Part shown: positions 55,371 to 64,000 of the stretch, piece by piece
Position numbering within the stretch: position 1 is the first letter of the stretch
Layout: every line of letters begins with the position of its first letter
NCBI RefSeq assembly: GCF_046119375.1
Contig: NW_027362769.1
Span: 176,514,001 to 176,578,000, forward strand
Source: Phyllobates terribilis
Taxonomy: Eukaryota
DNA length: 64,000 nt
Reading direction: 5' to 3'
Notes under the pieces: generated by a model
The model's database searches: none
Told to the model about the DNA's origin: nothing
What the model saw: the letters and a program-made list of their open reading frames with translations, nothing else
Position numbers and translations under genes: made by a program

Positions 55371-56543
55371 TGACGCGCCCCCTGGGCCTGTGCTGCTGCT
55401 GCTGTGCAGGGGGAATACCCGGAGCCGGATCTGATAGGGGTAGTAGTCCTCGTGGCGGTGACCCGGTCCGTGCCCAGGGTGTCAAACCAAGTGGCAGAAC
55501 TTAGAATAAGTTGTTATATCCTGCCGACTACGCCAAAAGTTGACGCGCCCCCTGGGCCATGTTAGGGGAATACCTGGAGCCGGATCTGTTGGGGATAGTA
55601 GTCCTCGTGGCGGTGACCCGGTCCGTGCCCAGGGTGTCAAACTAAGTGGCGATGTTTTTAGTGGCAGATGTGATATTGTTCGACTACGCCACCCGTTGAA
55701 TGCGGTTACGAAACCGCCGCTGCAGGGCAGACCGCTGAGGCCGGTGGTACGGTCGTGCAGCGTGGATGGTATAACCCCCAACGGGAGGGGTATGGCTTCA
55801 GGGCAGCGGACGTGGATGATGAAACACTCAGAGACGGTGCGGTGTAATTCAGGGTCTTTACTGGTGGCAAAGATAGACCCTCCCGGAATACTGGCTAGCG
55901 ATCGGGGCCTGGTCAGTCCGTGAGCAGATGGGATCTCCCCTGGCCAGGCGGAGTTGTAGGCCTCCCCAACTAATTGTACTCTTCTGGCTACCTTGCTAGA
56001 GGCGGGTAAAAGTAGCCCACGTCCCTGAGTGTACCGTGTGGTGCTCACCCGTATGGCCGGTGACTCGGGGCCTTCTGGTAGCTTCCGCTTCACGACGGCG
56101 GTGCTGGTCCCTTGCGTGTGACCGTGCCTTCGGGTTTCTTGGCCAGAGGACCTGAAATCCCCTGCCGGTCGGTTTCTGCTGCTGGGTAAGGATTAGTCCC
56201 CACAGCCTCGGACTCCGGGTCCGGTGAGAACTCTTCAATCAGGGCGAGCTCTACAGCTTCCAGCCCCTGACCTCTTTTAGCACGGCTCCCACAGAGCTCC
56301 TGATCGCTCTTTCCCTATAGCTGCCTCACTCCAGACCAGACTGTGTCTCTGTCTGGGACTCCTCTTCTTCTCTTTCTCTCCTCTAACCCTGCCTCAGCCC
56401 CAGTTTATATAGGGGAAGTTCTTCCCCTCCCAGGACTGGGCAGGAGGTGTGGCATGCTTAGGATTCCTGACCAGGAGACCTCCCACCTGCTCTCAGACGT
56501 AATATTGCTATTACTGTGGAAACCAGACCCCTGGGGTGCCACA
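55371..56543 (-). repeat. 5' LTR, 1173 bp = 1003-bp core (55541-56543) plus 170-bp unit (55371-55540)
   Basis: Two TGACGCGCCCC end motifs at 55371 and 55541. About 7 substitutions versus the 3' LTR core, counted by eye. Confidence 0.93.
56404..56411 (-). promoter_or_regulatory. LTR TATA box (TATATAAA)
   Basis: About 133 bp from the LTR start; equivalent motif in the solo LTRs. Confidence 0.6.
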
Positions 56544-57163
56544 GGTGCGGTTACAGTATGGGGGCAGAGGGTGCGGTTACAGAATGGGGGCAGAGGGTGC
56601 GATTACAGTATGGGGGCAGAGGGTGCGGTTACAGTATGGGGGCAGAGGGTGTGGTTACAGTATGGGGGCAAAGGGTGCGATTACAGTATGGGGGCAGAGG
56701 GTGCGGTTACAGTATGGGGGCAGAGGGTGCGATTACAGTATGGGGGCAGAGGGTGCGATTACAGTATGGGGGCAGAAGGTGCGGTTACAGTATGGGGGCA
56801 GAGGGTGCGGTTACAGTATGGGGGCAGAGGGTGCGGTTACAGTATGGGGGCAGAGGGTGCGGTTACAGTATGGGGGCAGAGGGTGCGGTTACAGTATGGG
56901 GGCAGAGGGTGCGGTTACAGTATGGGGGCAGAGGGTGCGATTACAGTATGGGGGCAGAGGGTGCGGTTACAGTATGGGGGCAGAGGGTGCGATTACAGTA
57001 TGGGGGCAGAGGGTGCTGTTACAGTATGGGGGCAGAGGGTGCGGTTACAGTATGGGGGCAGAGGGTGCGGTTACAGTATGGGGGAAGAGGGTGCGATTAC
57101 AGTATGGAGGCAGAGGGTGTGGTTACAGTATGGGGGCAGAGGGTGCGATTACAGTATGGGGGC
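56544..57163 (+). repeat. 26-bp G-rich satellite, right part, about 24 units
   Basis: Resumes in register after the TSD. Confidence 0.96.
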
Positions 57164-57800
57164 TAATGTATCGGCGTATGCAGCATGGGGGCGAATGTGG
57201 GGGCGGCCAATATACAGTTTGGGGACTATGTGGGGGCCATCATATAGCGTAGGGACTATTGTGGGGGCCCTCAAACAGTATGGGAGCTAATGTGGTGGTG
57301 ATACTTAAAGTGGGGACTACTGTGAGGGCCATCGTACAGTGTGAAGGCCATTAAACAGTGTGGGGACTACTGTGAGGGGCATTATACTCTGTTTTGGGGG
57401 AGCAGTTAGGACATCATACTGTGTATAGGTGAGCTGTGGGCCCATTATACTGTGTATAGGGAAACTGTGAGGGCATCATACTGTATATAAGTGAGCTGTG
57501 GGCCCATCATACTATGCATAGGGGCCCCTCATACTGTGTATATGGAAGCTGTGGGGGCATTATGCTGCATATAGGGGAGCAGTGGGGGGATTATATTGTG
57601 TATAGGGGAACTGTGGGCCCAACATACTGTGTATGGAGAGCTGTAAATGGGGGGACTCTGGGCATTATTAATGTTAAGTGGGACTTAAGCATTATTATTA
57701 TAGGGCACCCAGAGTATTTTGACCGTCAAAGGTGCACATGGGGCATTATTACATTATAGGGGCAAAATGTGGGCACTGTTTTCTAGGACACTTCCGCAGG
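57164..57800 (+). repeat. Degenerate G-rich short repeats (GGGGCATCATACTGTGTATA-like), probably the body of an older non-autonomous element that continues at 62657-63270
   Basis: Loosely periodic GGGG...CAT(C/T)ATACTG units. Similar composition resumes after the TTAA element and ends in GGGGCCC...TAACTACGCTCT. Confidence 0.45.
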
Positions 57801-57807
57801 GCATTAA

Positions 57808-60800
57808 CCCCTTTCTGACCTTAGATGTAGCCATACGTCCAAGTGGCCTGGTACTTACCGACCTTGGACATATGGATACGTCTAGGCGATTTTGCATGCA
57901 CAGAGGCTGTGTGTGCGCAAACGCCGCCGGATGTCAGCTGGTTCTGACAGCTGACAACCGGCTTTCAGTGTCAGGAATGGTGCCCGCACCGCTCACGGCA
58001 CTTTAACCCCCTAAATGCTGCAATCGCAGTAATCGCAGCAGTTGGTGAGCGAGCAGAAGTCCCTCTGCTCTTTGATTGGAGACCCCACAACATCATCGCA
58101 GGGTCCTGATCGTTGCCATGGTGACCCGATCTCATCATGATGACATCCGGGTCACCAGGCACTAGCAAGGTAGATACGGTAGATCATGCGCAGTGCATGA
58201 TCTAACTAACTTGTGTCTGCAGCACTGACAGGTTATAAGGTACAGCAATGCTCCTGCACTACTATACCTTATAACTGCGATCAGACTACAGAAAGTGAAA
58301 GACTCATAGTGGGAAAAAGTAAAAAAAAAGTGAACAAAAGTTGTAAAAATATTTTTAAAAAAATCACAAAATAAAAAAATATATTGTACCTATAAATATA
58401 TATTATTATGAAAAAAAACAAAACAATAAAAGTACACATATTTGGTATCGCCGCGGCCAGAATGATCCGACCTATAAAACTGTCTCACTATTTAACGCCT
58501 TTAGTGAACACCGTAAAATAAAATAAAGAAAAAACAAGGCAAAAAACGATGCCTTATCATCAGACCGCTAAACATAAAGTGGAATAAAACGAGATCAAAA
58601 AGATGAATGTAAATAAAAATGGTACCGCTGAAAATGTCATCTTGTCCCACAAAAAAACAAGCTGCCATACAGCTCCGTCAGCAGAAAAATAAAAAAGTTA
58701 CAACTCTCAGAATAAAGCGATGAAAAAATAATTTTTTTTCTACAAAATAGTTTTCATTGTGTAAAAGCGCCAAAACATAAAAAAATTATATAAATGTAGC
58801 ATCGCTGTAAACGTATTGACCCGATGAATAAAGCTGCCTTATCAATTTTACAATACGCGGAACAGATTAAAAAAAACAAAACAAAAAACAATTCCTGAAT
58901 TGTTGGTTTTTGTTTATTCTGCCTCCCAAAAATCGGAATAGAAAGCGATCAAAAAATGTCACATGCCCGAAAATGGTACCAATAAAAATGTCATCTTGTC
59001 CCGCAAAAAACAAACCCTTACATGACTCTGGTGGCAGAAATCTGGAAAAATTGTAGCTCTCAAAATAGAGCGATGCAAAAACTAGTCTTTGCGAAAAAGG
59101 GTTTTTTAGTGTGTGACAGCTGTCAATCATAAAAACCCGATATGAATCTGGTATCGCTGAAATCGCACCGACCCGAAGAATAAAGTCGTCTAATCACTTA
59201 TACCACATGAGGAACGGCGTAAAAAATAAATAAAACCAATTCTTCACCTGTTGTTGATTTGCTCATTCTGCCTCCCAAAGATCGCAGTAAGGCTCGGCTC
59301 ACATTTATCCTGTGCTCTGCGCTGAGCGCTTACACCGGGGTTTCTGTGTAAATCTCTGAAATACGTGATTCAGATGGAACGCCCAGCGGAAGATTACCTA
59401 TAATGAAGCAGATGGAGGCACTGTAAATTCTGTCTGACCTGTGATCCGGTGGTGTCTGTCTTTTTATTAGGTGTCCATAAAAGTGCCGTCGGCCACAGTT
59501 TTGTGCACCTCTGAAAAAAAGGACACCACTGAACAGAGGCCAGATGGAGTTCAGAGTAACTCTGCTGCCTCATTATAGTGAATGGATACCTCAGGGGTTT
59601 CATCTGAATTACGTCACTCGGAGATTCAAATGGAAACCGCGATATCAGTGCTCAGTGTAGAGCACAGGATAAATGGGAACATTTTACATAACATTTTAGA
59701 TCACAATAAAAGCTTCGACTCAATCCACAAAAAAAGCAAGTCCCCACTCAGGTCTATCATCTGTTAACGGAAATATAGGGGGCTTCCATCTTACTAGTAG
59801 CACAAAGGCTCTGGAAAAGCGAAATGGCCCTTGCCCCAAAAAAGAAATTCAGCAAATTCTGCACTCCCAAATCCAAATACCACCCCTCCCCTTTGAGCCC
59901 CAGTGTGCCTAAACTGCAGTTAGCGTCCACATGTTTAGCATTTCTGTAGCGATGAGAGCCCGCCTAATTTACGGGTGCATGTGTCCAGAAGCACGAGCTG
60001 GGCACAATGTATGGGTACTACAACGTACAGGGTCACTACAATGTACTGGTCACTACAATGGCAGTTTTCAATTTTCACTCAGCAACATCCACAGTTGCTT
60101 GTTTCTGAAAAACACCCATGTAGTTAAAATAGTCACTACACCTGTAGATAAATTCCCAAAGGGGTATAATTTCCAAAGTAAGGTCACTTGAGGGGAGATT
60201 CTGCTCTTATAGTACTTAGGGGCTCTGTATATGGAGTCTGCATACTATTCTAGGAAAATCTGCGCTCCAGGAGGCAAATACCGCTCCGTCCCTCCCGAGT
60301 CTCACCGTGTGGCTAAGCAGTACTGTACAACCACATATGGGGTATTTTTACATTCAGCAGAAATTGTGCGACAAATTTGGTGCCATTTTTACCCATTTCC
60401 CAGTTTGAAAGTGTAAAATCTGGGGCTAAAACAAAACTTTGGTGGTAAAAATTTAATTATTCTTTCTTCGCCGCCCAATGGTGTAAAATTCTGCGAGGCA
60501 CATGTGATATCAACGTGCTCACTGCACCTCTAGATTAATTCATTGAGAGGTGTAGTTTGTAAAATGGGGTCTGTTATGGGGTGTTTTGCTGATCTGGCAC
60601 CTTAGGGGCTCTGCCAATGTGACATGGCACTGTCAAACTAGTCCAGCAAAATATGAACTCTCCTATATGTAGCTCCTTCCGTTCTGAAATTTCCCACGTG
60701 CCTCAAAAGTAGTTTTCGACCATATATGGGGTATCAGCTTACTCAAAAGAAATTGCACAATAAATTTTGGGGTCCATTTTCTCCTGCTATCTATTACTAT

Positions 60801-62652
60801 CTTTGTGAAAAAGAAAAAATTGGGGGCTAAAACAACATTTTTGTGGAATTTTTATTTATTTTTTTTCATTTTCACAGATCAACGTTGTAAAATTCTGTGA
60901 AGCACCTGTGGGTTCAAGGTGCTCACCATACATCTAGATAAGTTCCCTGTGGGGTTTAGTTTCCAAAATGGGGTCAGTTGTGGTGGTTTTCCACTGTTTA
61001 GGCACATCAGGGGCTCTCCACACGCGACATGACACCTGCAGACCATTCCATCAAAGTCTGCGTTCCAAACCGCCACTCCTTTTCTGAGCCCTGCCGTGCA
61101 CCCAAACAGTAGTTTACCCCTACATATGGGGTATCAGAGTACTTAGGAGAAATTGCACAACAAATTTTGGGTTCCATTTTCCCCTGTTACCCTTGTGAAA
61201 ATAAAAAAATTGTGCTAAGAGAATATTTTGGGTCAAAAATCTGAAATTCTTATTTTCATGGCTCAATGTTATGAACTTCTGTCAAGCACCTGGGGGTTCA
61301 ATGTGCTCACCACACATCTAGATACGTTTCCTGAGGGGTCTAGTTTCCAAAATGGTGTGACTTGTGGGGGTTTTCCCTTGTTTAGGCACGATGGGTGCTC
61401 TCCAAACGGCAACATGGCGTCCGCTAATTATTACAGCAAATTTTGCATTCAAAAAGTCAAATGGCACTCCTTCCCTTACAATCCCTGCTGTGCGACCAGA
61501 CAGTAGTTTTCTATCACATTTTGGGTATTGGCGTACTCAAGGGAAATTGCACTACAAATTGTATGGTGCAATTTCCCCTGTTACCATTATGAAAATAAAA
61601 AATTTGGGGTTAAAAAACATTTTTGTGGGAAATATGTGACATTTTTATTTTCACAGCTCAATGTTATAAACTTTCTGTCAAGCGCCTGGGGGTTCAAGGT
61701 GCTCACCACATATCTAGATAAGTTCCCTGAGGGGTCTAGTTTCCAAAATGTTGTCACTTGTGGGGGTTTCCACTGTTTAGCAGCATGAGGGGCTCTCCAA
61801 ATACAATATGGCGTCTGCTAATTGCTCCAGCAAATTTTGCATTCAAAAAGTCAAATGGCGCTCCTTCCTTTCCGAGCCATGCCGTGCTCCCAAACAGTGG
61901 TTTTCCCCCAGATATGGGGTATCGGTGAAATTACACAACAAGTTTTGGGGTCCATTTTTTCCTGGTACCCTTGCAAAAAGAAAAAAAAATGGGTCTAATG
62001 TAAAATTTGTGTGAAAAAAAAAATAAATGTTCATTTTTTTCTTCCACATTCCAAAAATTCCTGTGAAGCACCTGAAGAGTTAATAAACTTTTTGAAATTT
62101 TTTGAGTGGTTTTGAGCACTTTGAGGGGTGCAGTTTTTAGAATGGTGCCACTGTTGGGTATTTTCTGTCATATAGAACCCCCAAAGTCACTTCAAATGTG
62201 ATGCTGTCCCTAAAAAAAATGTTTTTGTAAATTTTGCTGGATAAATGAGAAATCGCCGGTCAACTTTTAACCCTTTTAACTTCCGAACAAAAAATAAAAG
62301 TTTTTTTCAAAAATTGTGCTCATGTAAAGTAGACATGTGGGAAATGTTATTTATTAACTATTTTCCGTGACATAGCTCTCTGATTTAAGGGTATAAGAAT
62401 TCAAAGTTTGAAAATTGCAAAATTTTCAAAAATTTGGCCAAATTTACTTTTTTTTTCCACAAATAAACGCAAGTGATATCGAAGAAATTTTAACACTATC
62501 ATGAAGTACAATATGTCACGAAAAAACAGTCTCAGAATCAGCGGGATCCGTTGAAGCGCTCCAGAGTTATTACCTCATAAAGTGACAGTGGTCAGAATTG
62601 TAAAAATTAGTCTGGTCATTAAGGTGCAAACACCCTTGGTGAGTTAAAGGGG
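57808..62652. mobile_element. Non-autonomous piggyBac-like element (4.85 kb)
   Basis: TTAA at 57804-07 and 62653-56, termini CCCCTTT/AAAGGGG, no transposase ORF, internal ~354-bp and ~390-bp degenerate tandem repeats. Confidence 0.7.
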
Positions 62653-63399
62653 TTAATATTTCCTGGGGGCAATTTTACCATCTAGAGAGCATTTTACTAT
62701 GTAAGGGACACAGTGGTGGGAATTATTATATGGGGCAGTAAGAGGAGCACAGTAGCATTGTTATTGTGCCACACAGCAGGTGCAGTAATAGGGTCACATA
62801 GGGCAGCAGCGGCTCAGTATTGGGGTATCAGCAGGATGAGGAGTTTGTGCAGGTTGGGGATAGATAAGGACGGGGCTGGAAATGTGAGAAGTCAGATGTG
62901 TCTTTGTTGTAATCTGTGCAGATGAGTCCTGGATGGAGAAGTTGTAATGTCGGTCTGGGCCAGATGGAAAAGACGGGAAAAGTGAACAACTCCATCAGAA
63001 AGAACGTTGACCGTATGTCACCATCAATAACTGTACTGTAATCTCTTATAAGCTGTGCAGGACTGATATCTACCACTATGTGTCACCATATGGCGGTAAT
63101 ATCAGTGTTGGTCTTTGTTTGGAAATTTATTTTCAGTAATGGTGCGGTCATCTGCTGAGGTTCTCCTATACCCACCATTAAGGTTCGCCACTGTAGTTGT
63201 AATCAGGGTTACCTGGTTTGGGGCCCACTAAGAAGTTTTCCCCTCTGAGCTGAACCACTAACTACGCTCTTCCCTCAGAGGTGGAGTACCAGGCTCATCA
63301 TAGTCAATGACCACCATGCAGCAGCCCCTAAATGCCAAGCAGAGATGATAAGATCTCCCATCAATCAAACATTGGTCACAGATACTAGGAATATGTCGT

Positions 63400-63900
63400 C
63401 AATGTCTCGTCTTTGGTTGCACTATATATTTCTGCAAGATACAGCCAGGAAGATACAGTAGAAATGGCCACTGGGAGACTCCCAGATGGAAGGTACTGTG
63501 CATGGTAATCCGTGCAGAGGATGCAGCATTCATTAGATGGACACTGTCCCATCATACCATCAGCAGAGATGTTAATTAAGGAGTGTAGGGATTTATTCTT
63601 TCGGATAGGCATTAGGCAGTGTTCACACAGGCAATGCGGTTTGGTCCAAACGTGCAGTTTTATTGCTTTCATAAAACTTCAAGGGATTCAAAACCAAAAA
63701 CAGTCTCTTCTGGGCACAAAGGTTTCACAGCAAGTAACCAGTTCATTCAGCAAGCACCTATAGATCAGTGCGGGCTCACCCAGACAGATTACAGTCCTTT
63801 CTCTCAGTGCAAAATTCATACACAGAAGAGGCACGATCCTAGCAATCTTGATATCACATTCAGTCTGAGCTCCAGCAGCTTCCAGCACCAAACAGAAGTG
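63400..63900 (-). pseudogene. Possible LINE-1-like ORF2 C-terminal remnant
   Basis: A minus-strand CILC followed, after a frameshift, by IWESP loosely resembles the L1 CxxC...HxxWxCP knuckle. Weak. Confidence 0.2.
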
Positions 63901-64000
63901 TTCAACTCCGGGCACAGTTCACACAGACTGCTCAGCTTTTCTAGCTGACCCATGCAGTCTCCATTCAGTGAAAGAGACTCTGGCACGTCTATCTCCCAGC

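Larger units (their letters stand above)
47146..56543 (-). mobile_element. Full-length Ty3/Gypsy LTR retrotransposon (LTR-PBS-gag-pol-PPT-LTR), no env, carrying a nested solo LTR
   Basis: TSD GGTG at 47142-45 and 56544-47, paired LTRs, PBS, PPT, gag zinc knuckle, domain order PR-RT-RH-IN. Confidence 0.97.

Overview
Gene-poor, repeat-dominated vertebrate DNA, probably from a frog (inferred from the style of the repeats; no host exon was recognised). Positions 1-31,751 are a 35-bp AT-rich satellite with a mosaic higher-order structure. The rest is a patchwork of transposable elements. One Ty3/Gypsy family has four independent insertions: two solo LTRs, a near-intact minus-strand provirus (47146-56543, TSD GGTG) inside a 26-bp G-rich satellite, and an antisense solo LTR nested in that provirus's integrase. 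Also present are TTAA-flanked MITEs, a Tc1 remnant carrying a 33-bp minisatellite, a tRNA-derived SINE, a second inverted 35-bp array and a 4.8-kb piggyBac-like non-autonomous element. The most unusual signal is in the provirus LTRs. Every LTR copy has a tRNA-Ser PBS-like 10-11-mer inside U5. The provirus LTRs also carry tandem U5 units ending in an exact 18-nt PBS copy (one in the 5' LTR, two in the 3' LTR), which looks like a fixed product of misdirected strand transfer. All comparisons were made by eye; no database searches or alignments were run.
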